Below are positions 14,660-28,524 of a DNA stretch of 64,000 bases, piece after piece. Made by a program: the position numbers and the translations under genes. Positions within the stretch are counted from its first letter, which is position 1. Each line of letters opens with the position of its first letter. The notes beneath the pieces were generated by a model that was given only the letters and a program-made list of their open reading frames with translations, was not told the DNA's origin and made no database searches. Origin of the DNA: Rhynchobatus australiae (lineage: Eukaryota); contig JAUZTB010000069.1 in the NCBI GenBank assembly GCA_034780895.1, positions 16,423,866 to 16,487,865 of the forward strand. The letters run 5' to 3'.

Positions 14660-16385
14660 CTGTAGGAGAAAAGAATCTAATTTAGATACTGACAAGGGAA
14701 TTAATAGAGGGAAGTATCACTTAAGAACAAACAGCTATCACCATAACTCCACAACACCAAGTCATTCAACCATCTCCTCAATGAGTGGGAAGATAATCAT
14801 AGCATCCACCCACCCTGTGAGTAACACTACCTGCCCTCCTCAACCAACAATTGAACACCACCTAACCACCACAACCATCAAGAGTAACCCCATCCCGAGG
14901 AACCACCTCAATCCTTGTCAGGAAAACCCACCCGACTCTTCCAACTTGCCTGCCCCACAAGAGGGTACATGACCATGACACCTATCAAGAGTGACCATAA
15001 CTTTAAATCCAAAATAAAAACACTACTGGCTTGTCAGGAGAACGTAACCATGAGCATAAACATTATTCCCCTAACCAGCTGAGGAGGAACATCATCCTAA
15101 CCCCATGAGGGAGAATATATTCCTGACTCCACACGAAGGAACAAACTTAAGGTCAAAGATGAACAGAGCTCTAAATTCAAAAGAGAAAACACAGCAGTGA
15201 CTCACCAGAAAACCATACCTTGAATCACATGAACCCTACCTACTGAGAATATAACCCCATTCCCAATGGTTGAAACACCACGATTCTTCTCCCACCCTAC
15301 TCTAAGAGTGAACATCCAACCGCATTAATCTCCACAACACATCATGTAAGGAACTAGCACATTGATTGAAAGTAAGTATGTGGTACACCAAACCAAAGAG
15401 AAAAATAATAAATCATAAACTCACAGGGCAAAAGAATCTTAACAAATTATGAAATAAATGCAGAGAAAGAAGTTCTTGAAACATTGCAACTTGTGTTTGT
15501 AAGAAAATTGATTAATTAAAGCTTTAAGACTATTAAAGAAAACATAGGGCTCGTTTACCGGGGGTACTAAGTTCAAGACAAGGACAGTAACGAAAAGACT
15601 AAAGGTTAACAGTACTATCCCACCCCAAAGGTAAAAATTGAGAACTGAGTCATGACCAGATTTAAAAGACTATAAGTTGAATCTGAGAATAAATCATCAT
15701 TTCAGAAATTGGGTAGTCAGAATTAAACCATCAAGAGCAAGTGGGACCCAGCAGCCTTTTCCTAATTCCCAAAAATATTTAAAGAATCCCTAAAAATAAC
15801 TCATGCTCTGTAATTGAAGAGTAACTGTAATGTATCATCCATCTGAAGTGATAATAAGCATCAGGTGGAAAGACATTTATTTTAAAACTGTTATCATTGT
15901 TTCTGGGATTCCCTAACATAAGCAACAGGAATGGAATAGGAAACCTCTGCTCGTGATGCCCCAGCCATCATGAACTCGATGGGGCAGCTGGTATTTTCTT
16001 GCCCATCACTTATTTTGCTTATATCTGTAGATTTTATAAATCCTGTCCACTCACTTTTATTTGTTTACTCACTTGTCAAAAAAATCAAAATAGTGTTTTA
16101 CGTAAACACTTTTCATTCGATTACATTGTGCCAACTATCATAATTTAGCNNNNNNNNNNNNNNNNNNNNNNNNNNNNNNNNNNNNNNNNNNNNNNNNNNN
16201 NNNNNNNNNNNNNNNNNNNNNNNNNNNNNNNNNNNNNNNNNNNNNNNNNCAACTATCATAATTTAGCCACAGCCCTAGACAACTTGTTGCAAGTTTCTGA
16301 ATTTTTTCCAGCTCCATTGCAATCTTACATACATTAACACAAGTTGTTCGTCATTGGTAACTTAGAAGATCTGCAATCAACTTAC

Positions 16386-16633
16386 AAATGTAGGCAGCAT
16401 GTCACGGTAAGTGGATGGGAACTGGTGAGACCCAGTCTGCAGCAACATTCCTGATCCTCTCCTCAGTGGAGTAGCAGGCCTTAGGGAAGGTTCCTTTTGC
16501 TCATTTGATGACACTGGTACATTTACTGGATCATCTTGGCCTGAGCTTTTGACTTCCACTTCTGGTGGTGACGTAGTTGATGTTGCTGTGGGATTTAGGT
16601 TTCGACCACCACCCTCCCTCCAAATGGCGACAT
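16386..16633 (-). CDS. PRRC2B: PRRC2B exon 7
   Basis: NVAIWREGGGRNL...EPSLRPA...TYRDMLPTF; phase 1-0; donor TTT|gtaag. Confidence 0.93.
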
Positions 16634-17846
16634 CTGCAAGAGAAAAGATAACAAAACTGCTGAGTATGGATTTCAAGCCTAAAATGTACTCAATAAAATA
16701 AAGAGTTCCCAAACAGGATGGCAATTAAGCCATACTACTGTGATTATATTTTGAGGTCACAGGACAAGCCAATTACTTTACAAACGAATTACGTTCATTT
16801 TACCTATGCAGGCTAGCTTTCCGTAAAAGAATCACTTAGGATAGCCTAGATGTTTTCATTTTACTTGTTAAGATGAGAAATACTGACCTCAAAGTAACTA
16901 GATATGACAATGTCTTCACAATTTAAATATTCAATTCTAGATTTCTATATCTATAATTCTAAAACTGATTTTGCATTAATGAAATAGAAATGTATCACAG
17001 GTGAATATTTCTCACCTATTCAAGCTGCATTTTACACATCAACAGCAAAATACAGCTTCACTAGAAAGTAATTCCATATTTGCACATTAGTTTCATGTAC
17101 CCAGCATCAACCAACTTTATTCAGATTTATTTAAAACAACTGGACCTAATTTCCAACTGAGGGATCAGATTTGTTTGTTCTATAAGGAACTAGATCTGTG
17201 GCTAAATAAACTACACCATTCAAGAAGGGAATAACAACAGGGTTAAATTTTGTTCAACCTATATAAAATGTGCATCTTTTAGAATATTTTATGAATTAAA
17301 GCAAATTTGATGATCTTTAGTGGAGGGGTCAAACTTTTGAATTCTAATTATTCTGAAATTCCAGGCTTTAAAAAAAAAATCAAAATTGGCACTAGACACT
17401 CATCTCTATATAAACAAAACAGCAAAATCCTGCTGCAACTGTGGTTTAAGTCAGTAAAACTACCATACCATCATGTAGGCAGCACAGTGGCACACCTAGT
17501 ATAGCTGTTGCCTGACAGCTCCAGTGATACACATTCAATCCTGCACCCTGGTGTTGAGTTTGCACNNNNNNNNNNNNNNNNNNNNNNNNNNNNNNNNNNN
17601 NNNNNNNNNNNNNNNNNNNNNNNNNNNNNNNNNNNNNNNNNNNNNNNNNNNNNNNNNNNNNNNNNGGTGTTGAGTTTGCACATTTTCCCTGTATATTTTA
17701 GAAATTGAAGGTAATATTCTTCTTCTCTGTGGAATCTGAAGAACCCCACCCACCCCCATACTCAGCACTTTTTCAAGCTATGCAGACCACAAAACTTTTC
17801 CAGTACATGTCTGTATGCACACAAGCAGTTTCAGTTTCTCCATTTA

Positions 17847-18035
<189 letters not shown>

Positions 18036-21000
18036 TCAGACCACAGGCATGTTTCTTACACTTTTCAAATTTGTGCCCGCTTTTCAGTTTGTCAGGTTTC
18101 TGCTAAGCAAAGGTGTTTACCAATAGCTATAGAATTGGGGAAAATAGGGAAACTGGGGAAAATTATTAAAAAATTGTTTTACAATGCAGCAAGGTGGTGA
18201 AAGCCTGCAGTGGCTGAGTAAGAGGGCATGAAAGGGAATACAAGTGTGAAGGTGGCTGCTGAGATCAGATGGGGTAAAGAAAGAAGAATATTTACACAAG
18301 GGCATAGGGAATCAGGTAATTGCCCAGGTCAGCCATGGGTTTGATGAGTGAGATTTAGCAAAGGCAGGAAAAAGTGCACAGCTGAGTTGAGAGTTTATGG
18401 AGCATTAGTGGATATTTCAACATAGGCCAAGTCATTTTGCCCTTTGCCTTAAGATACTGGCTCTCCTTCACAGCTTTTGAACAGAAACCAATTTCTCTGA
18501 TTTTTTTTCCTCAAACCCCTTATTGGTATCAGGAATGACTGCCAAAAGATCTAGAGAAGGTTCCAGTTAGCCATAAGACTGGCTCAGTATTCTAAAATCT
18601 AGAAACTTTAAGAGCATGCTCATATGTGAAGACTGAGAGAAGATAATGCCTACATAAAGATAAATAATGGGCTTCATTAGCCTTTGGAGCAGTAATTTCA
18701 GCATTCAGTATTTATTATGAAAACCTGCCTGCTACCATTTCTTCCATTACAAGTCAGATGTATTAGGACATGATCTGGGAACTAATTATATGCCAAAAGG
18801 ACGGAGGCTTATGTGCCAAATACAATGACTATAATCAATGCTTACAAAAGCACAGTTCAGTAATGTTGATTAAGTTCAGTAAAGTAGCAGTTATGTTACT
18901 GAAATAATAATCCACAGATTTGGACTGATGATCCAAAGACACAAGTTCAAATCTCACCATCGTTGCTGGGGCATTTGAATTTGATTTATGAACCACAATT
19001 GGAACAAAAAGAGCTAGTCAGAGTAATGATGATCATGAAACTACTGAACCTACTTCAAGCTTTAATAAAAGCTATTTTATCAAACCATCATGCACACAGA
19101 TAATAAAATCAATTGTATCATCCAGAATTAACTTAACACGCACAACAACTGCAATGCCTCCCATCCTCTGGGATCTGAGCCAAAATTAGGAGAGCTTTAC
19201 TACAAACTTGTAATGCAACAACTGGACTATGATATTCACAGAATCTTTTATGTCAGATAACACCGCAGCTTCTTAAATCATCATCGAGTATGGTGCTACT
19301 GGTCCCACTTGGGTATGTTCTGAGAGAGTCACCAGAGGTTGCAGCAGACTGGTGTACAATAAGGACAGAGCTGTCTGGGGGTCCTTGACAATGATCCCAG
19401 ATGTCATGAAGCATCATGGTCTCACATCAAGCACGAACAAAAAAAAATGTCGACTATACGACTGTAGAATATCTACAGCCCTTAATCAGCTAATGAATCA
19501 GTATTATGCCATATCGCAAACCACTGGAAGAAACAGAGTAGCCAAATTACAGAATGTACCCTGGATGCAGGGCTTCAGTATCCATCACCAAGAAGTAGCA
19601 CTAATTCTGACTGGGCTGGCAAGGTCTCGAAGTGCATAGCTGCCAGACTGGGCCTGCAAAATGCAGTGATAAAACCAACACAAGAGAAAAAACCTACTTG
19701 AACTTTTCCCCTTTAAATGCATTAATCCATATCAGCATATAAATATCCACCATGTAATCCTTAAAGAGATGAAGTCCCTCCTTCACTCTGAAAATAACTC
19801 CATCACATTGTGTGGCACTACTATTACACTAAATGATATAAGACATAGATCAGATCTCGCTCAAAACTAATTATTCCTGTGTTAATATGGACTATCAACA
19901 GCAACAGGACTTAATTTGCCCATCATTTGTTAACTCAGGGCACGGCATGTCATGTTTTACTATTTACTATTACCATCAAGCCAGGCACCCAAACATGGTT
20001 CAGTAAGTACTATAGAAAGAAAAAAACAACAGGAGTAACCAACCTATCAAAAAAAAGCATGCTTTAACATATAGCATTGCTAGTATTCCCATAACCAACA
20101 AAGAAATTCATAGCTCTGCACTTCCAATTGTGATTGACAGCAGGAAATTAAACAACTAATGGAAAAAGGTGGCTCCATGAAGATCTCTATGTTTAATTGT
20201 GATGGACTAAACCACGTTAGTGCTACAAACAAGGCTGAAGCATCAACAACCATTTTCAACCAGAAGTGCTGTTGAAATAATCCAATTCAGCCCACTTCAG
20301 TTCTCCACCATCACAGAAGTTAGTGTTTGGTCAACTGATACACTTCATCTGAAACCAGTGGATATGGCAGTGGATAAGTTTCTGACTTTGACAATTAACA
20401 CGGCTTAAGATCCAGAATAGGGCCCTCTTCTCATGTTGTTCCAGTACTAATATAGTACTAACAAAAAGTAGAAAACTGCCCAAATAAGACCCATTTAATT
20501 CATGTTGTAGAGGCAGGAAATCTGTCATGCATAAACAATCGGGTCCGTGTGTGACTACAGATTCATCACATTTGGCTGACGCTGAAATGTTAAAAAATGT
20601 GGACCAGAGGTTATAATCAGATCAGCCATGGTTTTATCAAGTGGTGGAGACAACTTGAGAAGACTGTTCCAAAATTTAGCATGTCTGCTGCTTGTATCAT
20701 CTGTAAGAAAACCTTGCTAAGACACCTCATAAATGCCTGATCTCTAACACCGAAAAAGAAGAGCAGCAGCAGATACATAGGAACACCATCACCTAGGCAT
20801 ACTCCCTCCAACTTGCATACCTTCCACTTGGAAAAATATCCCTATTCCCTCATCATCACCCGGTCAAAATCTTGAGGCTCCCAAACTAACAGCACTGGGA
20901 TGTCATCACCACGTGGAATGCAACAGTTCAAGAATGCAGCTCACACCTGCTTCTTGAGGACATTTAGCTGCTAAAAACAAATACTTGCCTTGACACTGAC

Positions 21001-21103
21001 ACATAGATCCCAAAAATTAATAAAGGATCAATATTACAAAACAAATCATCTTGATTCACAACGGTTGAATGCATCAGAATATCTTGAAGGGCAATTAACT
21101 CAC

Positions 21104-21182
21104 CAGCTCCTGGCCCTGGTCCTACTGGCTTTGCTTTTAATTGTGCCCATGACTTTACTCCACCTTGTGTTGAATTTGTGCT
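21104..21182 (-). CDS. PRRC2B: PRRC2B exon 5
   Basis: STNSTQGGVKSWAQLKAKPVGPGPGA with conserved GGxKSWAQ; phase 0-1; donor G|gtgag. Confidence 0.92.
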
Positions 21183-21325
21183 CTGTTTTTAATTGAGGAA
21201 AATGGGTTACATTCAATCAACCAATAGTTCAAATATCAAAAGAGAAACTATACTGACGGAAACAGAATTTTGATATTGATTGCTTTCTCACTTCATTCCA
21301 TAAGTTTGCCAAATATTCATCTTAC

Positions 21326-21422
21326 CTCTTGGACTGGAGCTGCTTTTGCCACACTGGAGGCAGACGTCTGTGAAACCGGCTGCGACAGCGACTCCGGCTG
21401 CTGTGCTGCTGATACACTGGTA
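21326..21422 (-). CDS. PRRC2B: PRRC2B exon 4
   Basis: TSVSAAQQPESLSQPVSQTSASSVAKAAPVQE; ttttgtag acceptor, GAG|gtaag donor, phase 2-0. Confidence 0.92.
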
Positions 21423-22399
21423 CTACAAAACACAACATTGTCAAGGTCAGAAACCTCATCAGATGAAACACCTGCAGAATGCTTCAAAGTTTAAACAATG
21501 ACACAGAAATGCCCTTCCCTCAAAACACCACATGTAACAGAGGAGCAACGGATTCTATTCAACGACTAGGCAAGTCAGAGTAAACATGAACATTTGAGCA
21601 CCCAATTGAGAACTGCACCAGAAAATGTAGTGGTTACGTTACTGGATCAGCAGCCAAAGGTCCTGGGCCATTGATCCAGACATGTACTCCTCAATATGAC
21701 AACAGGAAAGTTAAATTCAAGTAATAAAATAAAACTCATTTGGTTCCTTAATGTTCTTAAAGGAAAGAAATCTGTCATCTTTAATTAGTCTGCTCTATAT
21801 ACTACTCCACACCTACCAATGTGTTTAACTCTGATTAGCAATGGACAAAAAAATATCAGCAATGCCATCAATATCCACATCCAAGAATGAGTTTTTAAAA
21901 AAAGCTGCCAATAATTTCTGTTAAGCATCATCTATTTTTCAAAACTTTCAGACTGTCTATTACAAAATCCTCCCAACTAGCCTCTTGCTCTTCACCCTCA
22001 TGGTGTACAATTTGAGCAATGTGTTGTCATAAATGCCATGTTTCAGATGAAGCTTTATATTAAGGCTAATAAAAATCAAGAATATTGGTTGGTGTGGCAC
22101 CCTACATTTCCTTTGGAGTAGCTGCACAGTAAAGAAAACATCTATTTTGCCTTTAGGTCAATGAAATCCACACGTGATTCACAGAGCAGCTCTGCCACTG
22201 CAAGGAGGCTGCTGAGGACCCTGGTGGCCGAGAGGAGAAAAAAACCCTATTATTATCACAGTTCCAGGGTCCCGTGGCACATCCTCCCATTCCCAAATGT
22301 GGACGATGACAGTGTGGATTTGAGATTGAAGTGTCAAGTTTTAGACTTCAGCAGATATACCATCTCTTCCCAAATCCTTGTAATTTTTCAGTGACTACA

Positions 22400-23700
22400 T
22401 GGCCTTTTCAACTTCTTCTCAGCCAGGAGTGTCTGCAAGGCAGGAGCAAATAAATTGCAGTGGAAGCAGTCAAGGATGCTCATTGTTCAAAGAGCTTCTT
22501 CCCATGGAGGTTGACAGCATGAATGTTGACCTCTATTCTTGGCTCTCAATGGGATGAAATCTTAGATGTTTGTCACATGGACAGTCCGACAGTGCAGAAG
22601 AACTTGCACATGATGGCTGTCAGCGAGTTGCTAGGCCTCTTGCACTCTTCCATTCCCCACCTGCTTTTTTTTTTGTCAGTTGTGCGTTTCCTGTTTAGGT
22701 GCCTTTTGAGCCGTTTCTTTTCCTTTGAGGCATGGTGNNNNNNNNNNNNNNNNNNNNNNNNNNNNNNNNNNNNNNNNNNNNNNNNNNNNNNNNNNNNNNN
22801 NNNNNNNNNNNNNNNNNNNNNNNNNNNNNNNNNNNNNCATGGTGGCACTTCTAATCCAGGAATGCCTTGTGTCTGTCATTAATTAGCTCCTGGACCTGCT
22901 TGTTATTCTCAAACCAGTCCCATTTCTTCTTGTTAGAGAAGCCAAGTGTCCCTTCACAATTGCTAATTGTGGTGGACTTCAGGTCAGTCCATACACTGTG
23001 GATATTCTGCAGCTCCACTGGTGGCTAGAAGTTGACAGGTTGTCCAAGAGGCATTATCTAAAAAGAGCTATTTTTGCTGTGTTCAGAGCTTTGGCACTGA
23101 TATTCTTGCAGGATTGTTTCTGTTGATGCTGGTGTTTTGGGGCTGGGTCGATGTAGACAATAGAGCAGATACAGCAGCGATCAGTCCAACAGTTATGGGT
23201 ACTCAAAACAGTGCACTGGATGAGTAGAATCTTATAGTCTCTTGCTCAGACAATGGCATAATCCAACAGGTGCAATGCCTGGACTTGGGATGATGTAATG
23301 GAATCTTGTGTTTGTATCTCTTGACAAAGCAGGGTGCTGGTTAAGACAAGACCATGCTCCAAACCTTATCCAAGAGGATGACCCCATTGGAATTAATCTA
23401 CCATACTTCCTTCTTGCAGGTCACACCTTACCAGAGAGAGGTGTCCTTTCCCAATCTGACATTGAAATCACCCAGGAAAATTAGTCCATCTCCCTCTGGG
23501 ATGTGGACCAGAGCTATTTCCAAGGTCGGAGTGGAAGTCCTCCTTGGCCTCAAGATTTTAGCGCATGGGCTGATTACTGTAGCACATTGGTTCCATATCA
23601 CTTGGAAATACCCTCTTCAAATTCAGCTACCTGAAAAATTTATTCCCACCTTATGTTTGCTTTGAGACGGCATGCAGGCCATGAGCCTATCCAACAGAGC
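22400..23700 (-). mobile_element. Degenerate RTE-like LINE, endonuclease region
   Basis: DGLIFLGDFNVRLGKD (APE GDFN motif) on the minus strand at ~23443-23490; frame broken elsewhere; limits approximate. Confidence 0.7.
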
Positions 23701-24059
23701 TGATGTCAGCGCAGAGCTGTGACAAGGAAGACTGCACTATTGCCCCAATGCTATTTTCAGTCCTGCACACCCTACTTCTAACAAGTTCCCTAATGAAGTG
23801 GAACTAATGGGAAACTGTTCAATCTACACCACTTCCACACCCAAGTCAAGATTACCCCAACCTTAACAGGCAAACAGCAGTAAATGAAGGCAGCAGTAAA
23901 TGGATGATACTCAACTTATTTTAGAAAGGTGAGCTGCGAATCATCTCTAGGTTAAATGTAGGGCCAAGCCTTCCACTCAACATCCTCAACTAAAGTGGCC
24001 TACTGCTGCAAGGTACCAATCTCCAACACTAAAGGTTTGTTGCTATAACTCAGAAAATA

Positions 24060-24360
24060 TGGCACAGTAGTGTAGCGGTTAGCATGGCACTATTACAGTG
24101 CCAGCAACCCGGGTTCAATTCCCGCCGCTGTCTGTAAGGAGTTTCTACGTTCTCCCCATGTTTGTGTGCGTTTCCTCTGGGTGCTCCAGTTTCCTTCCAC
24201 ATCCCAAAGGTGTACAGGAAGGTGTACAGGTTAGAAGCTGTGGGCAGGCTATGTTGGCGCCGGAAGAGTGGTGACACTGGAGGCACCCAGCACATTCTTA
24301 AGTAACACAAGAAGACCCATTTCACTGTGTGTTTCGACGTACATGTGACTAATATCATCA
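24060..24360 (+). mobile_element. tRNA-derived V-SINE (HE1-like)
   Basis: A/B-box head (tagtgtagcggttag...gggttcaattccc) followed by V-domain-like gagttt..gttctcccc..tgcgtttcctctgggtgctccagtttcc. Confidence 0.8.
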
Positions 24361-24369
24361 TCGTCTCAT

Positions 24370-25010
24370 CTTAGGAGCCACCTCTCAGCAAAGGCAAACA
24401 CATATGGAATTTATCAGCGCCTTTGATGCACTGGTACAGCCTCTGGCCAATTGAGGAAAAGTGCGTTTGAAGATCAAGACCTCAAACAAGGCATAGAATT
24501 CAGTCTACCAGGCACGCTTATGTCCCTCTGAGACTTGGACTACTAGTAGAAGACACTGGAAAAATACTACAAATGCTGTCTCCATAACATCTGTCAAATC
24601 TATTGGAAAGATGAACAAACTGATATGCACTCCCAGGCCAATAACCCCAGCACTGAGGGCCCAAATATGCTTAAGTCAGCACTGTTGATCAGGCTACATC
24701 ACTCATTTCCCAACAATAGACTCCTGGTGCAGACCCTTCATTCTGAGCCCAGCTGTAAAGGAAGGAAAAACTGCAAACTTCCTGCCCTTGACTGCTCAAA
24801 GTAGAACGGCATGAGAATCTCCAGTATATGCGTCGAGACCACATGAAAGCCCAATGTAAACAGTGGAAAAAGCTTACAATCTACCCATGCCCTGTCCCAT
24901 TGGGCACTTCCTACCCCACCTGTGGAACTCTAAGATCCACCATTGGCCTCGTCAGACATCTCAGAAATGGAGTGGGTGCGTTGTCCTCAATCCTGACAAA
25001 TCTCCTTTGA
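24370..25010 (+). mobile_element. Degenerate RTE-like LINE 3' portion
   Basis: Remnant SETWT...CLHNICQIYWKD and RTE-type tail ggagtgg..tcctcaatcc, shared with other copies in the window. Confidence 0.6.
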
Positions 25011-26118
25011 AGTAAATTGAGATCCTATCTGCCCTCTCAGGTGAATGCAGAAATCTAATGGCATAATTTTGGAGAACATCCTGCCCAACATTTGACCCTA
25101 TTTATGCCTCATTCAACATTACTAAATGCAGATTATCCAGCCACTATCACATTGTTATCTGTGGAAGCTTGCCATGCACAAATTAGTCATCTAGTTGCTC
25201 ACTGGTCTCCAGCAACTCTTCCTGACCCTGGTCTCTGTAACCTCATTCAGTCCTATAATTTTCCAGGAGCTACACTGCTTCAACTCCAAGACATGTATCC
25301 TTCATCCCATCATAAGCAGTAACATCTCCAGCCATCCAGACCCTAAACTCTAGAAAACACCCTTCCTAAATCTTCTTAACCCCTTCCCCTCTTTAAAACC
25401 AACCTCTTACTAAACTAATACTACTTTTGTTGGTCCAGTGTTGCTTAATAACAGTAAAGGCTCTAAATAAATGCTATTATAGACATTCATTACCATGCCA
25501 TTAAAGTATTGTTTACAAATTTATAGAGGTCCTGTGAGTCCAGAGACAAAATGGGACACTGCGAGTTTATGGACAGCATGAAGGCTCTGTGGGCTTCAAA
25601 TACACGACTGGAGGCAAGAAGCTCCATGGGTTTAGGGTCATTGTACATGCCAAGTGATGATGGCAGCTGGGATAGGTGCTCCCAATACACAAGATGAATC
25701 TGATTCCATTGGCAAAGAAATCGCTTGGTGGAACCCACCAATCTGCCCACAGAAGTGATAAAGACAGATTTATGGGGAATAAAATGCTCCCCAAAGGAGT
25801 TTCTCAACACAAAACAATCTGAGCGACTAGCAGATGATGAAGCTGAAGGAGTGGGCAAGCCAAGGCCTACCACCTCCAATACACTGCCCTAGGGTACACC
25901 ACTCAGTCCTCAATCCTGGTATTCCAAAATTAATCAGCTACTTAACCTTCCATTCCCATTATCAGAGGCAGAGAAGTTGCCTGCCTTCCCTGTAGGGATG
26001 TCAACTCATGCAGAAGGAAGGCTTAATAGTGTTTCCCCATTTCACACTGAAACCATAATGAGCAATATAAGGTACTTTTTTTAAAATTGCAAATTAAATA
26101 AGCAATGAAGCATTCTTA

Positions 26119-26316
<198 letters not shown>

Positions 26317-27160
26317 TTAGGGACAGACTGGAGAACACAGGATGTGGACAAACTGGTACTCAATATCAGAAGGAAAAATATTCCAACCAGAAAATGTATA
26401 ATGAATGACACAGGAAGCTATTACGCTACAATTGCATTAAAATTCTGTTGACTTATTTCTAGAAAAAAAGCTTATATCAGTAATAATGATGATGAAAGAA
26501 CTGGATTAGTGCAAAAACCCAAATAGTTTGCTAGTGCTTTCTAGGGAAAAAAAAATCTGCTGCCTTTACCCACTCAGGGCTTTTTGGGGCACTAATGACA
26601 GCAATGTAGTTAGTTCTGAAATAGCTTAGCAAAGCAGCAGTCAGGTCAAGTGTAGAGATGGCACATCTCCCATCACTGAATAAAAAAAGTATCAACATCA
26701 GAAATTTTTAGTAAAGTATAACATCATCCTCCTGCCTCAGAAATGGCTTACTTCCTCATTAATCTCCCCCATGTGCAANNNNNNNNNNNNNNNNNNNNNN
26801 NNNNNNNNNNNNNNNNNNNNNNNNNNNNNNNNNNNNNNNNNNNNNNNNNNNNNNNNNNNNNNNNNNNNNNNNNNNNNNTTAATCTCCCCCATGTGCAATT
26901 AGATAAAACTCCTGCGATACTACTACTTTAGAATTCAGGGAGACACACACAGGACAAGTGGTAACAGAATCATCCTTGACAATGACAGCTGTTACATTGG
27001 ACATTAGAGAATAGTCACCAATAGTACCATAACCCAGCAAGGCACATCCCCACCAGGGAACAAAATTGGGATTCAGAAAAAGAAATTTGATATATTTCTC
27101 AAAATACAAAAATCATAAACTCTAGAAAACTCTGTACCTGATAAAATTTCTTCTTTGTTA

Positions 27161-27295
<135 letters not shown>

Positions 27296-27915
27296 TCATC
27301 GAGTACACTGGTTGTTTTCAGCACCGCTGAGAACGTGCCGCTCACTGAGGGGGGTGCAGGGGGAGAGAAAAATAGAAATGTTGTTCAGAAATGTATTCTT
27401 CACTCATGGTTTCAAAACATAAAACCTCCTAAATTGCACACAAATAAAATATTGCTCTTTCAAAAGGGGAATTAAGCAGTATCCAATAAGTGCTCACAAA
27501 TAGTAAAAATATATCGATAACAAAAAGCCATGTTTTAAGGTGAAGCTATTGCCTTTTATGGATGTGTATTGGTCCCGATTGAGAGTTACAGTTAGAATAT
27601 ATCACAACAAACTAATGACCAATGTACCAGTAGGGCTGTCCCCATCACTTCAGAGGAAACAGAGCACTCCACACTGATAGTCTTCCTCTCCTAGTATAAA
27701 TTGCTACTCTCCAATGAGGCCAGCTCCCAGCAAAACTAAAAAGAACACTGCATTATTCCTCCTAAACAGTAGTGAGGAATTGCACAAAGGAAAATAGAAT
27801 TAGGAAGCCAATGGATACCAACTCCACAATTCAATGGGAATTTAAAGGACGTCTCTCCTTCCACATTAACTGAAAAGGAAGCTATCACAGGTTAGGGGAA
27901 ACATCAGGAATGATT

Positions 27916-28524
27916 GCCTTTGCTACATTAATTGCCAAGCGATCCATTTTGCTTACATGGAAGGATCCAATACCCCCTACTACCTTTCAATGGTTCTCTC
28001 AAACTATATCATGTTTAAACTTGGAAAAAGTTAGGAGTGGTACTGTTGATCCTTCGCTTAAATTTGAAGATATTTGGAGTCCATTTATTCAATATTTTCA
28101 TATGATANNNNNNNNNNNNNNNNNNNNNNNNNNNNNNNNNNNNNNNNNNNNNNNNNNNNNNNNNNNNNNNNNNNNNNNNNNNNNNNNNNNNNNNNNNNNN
28201 NNNNNNNAGAAATTTTAGCCCAGTTTTTTTTGTTTGTGTTTTTTTGAAATTTTTCTGTTTAGTTAAGTTTATATCGTTTATAATTTTTCTTATTGATTTT
28301 GTTCTTTTTAAAATTTATATAATAATTTTTTTCTTTCCTTTCTTTTATATTATATTCATTAACTAAGAGATTGTTGGATCTACAGATTTTTTTTCATATC
28401 TTATTGTTCTGTATGGTTATCTATGCCATGAGTGCTATCCTGACCTCTTTGTAATACATGTACAAACATTGATGCTATACATTAATCTGTATTGATTTGA
28501 AAACTAATAAAAAAAGATTGAAAA
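27916..28524 (+). mobile_element. 5'-truncated L1-clade LINE insertion with 17-bp target-site duplication
   Basis: ORF2 C-terminus (IAKRSILLTWKDPIPP...W...LNLEKVR...FEDIWSPFIQY), AT-rich 3' UTR, AATAAA at 28506, A-rich tail; TSD aaacatcaggaatgatt at 27899-27915 and 28525-28541. Confidence 0.85.

Noticed and set aside
19250-19290. Possible C/D-box snoRNA (ATGATGA...CTGA on the minus strand); SNORD62 is hosted by mammalian PRRC2B
   Set aside because: No terminal D box or stem at a suitable distance and no SNORD62-like guide seen; the host introns are probably 3' of this window.
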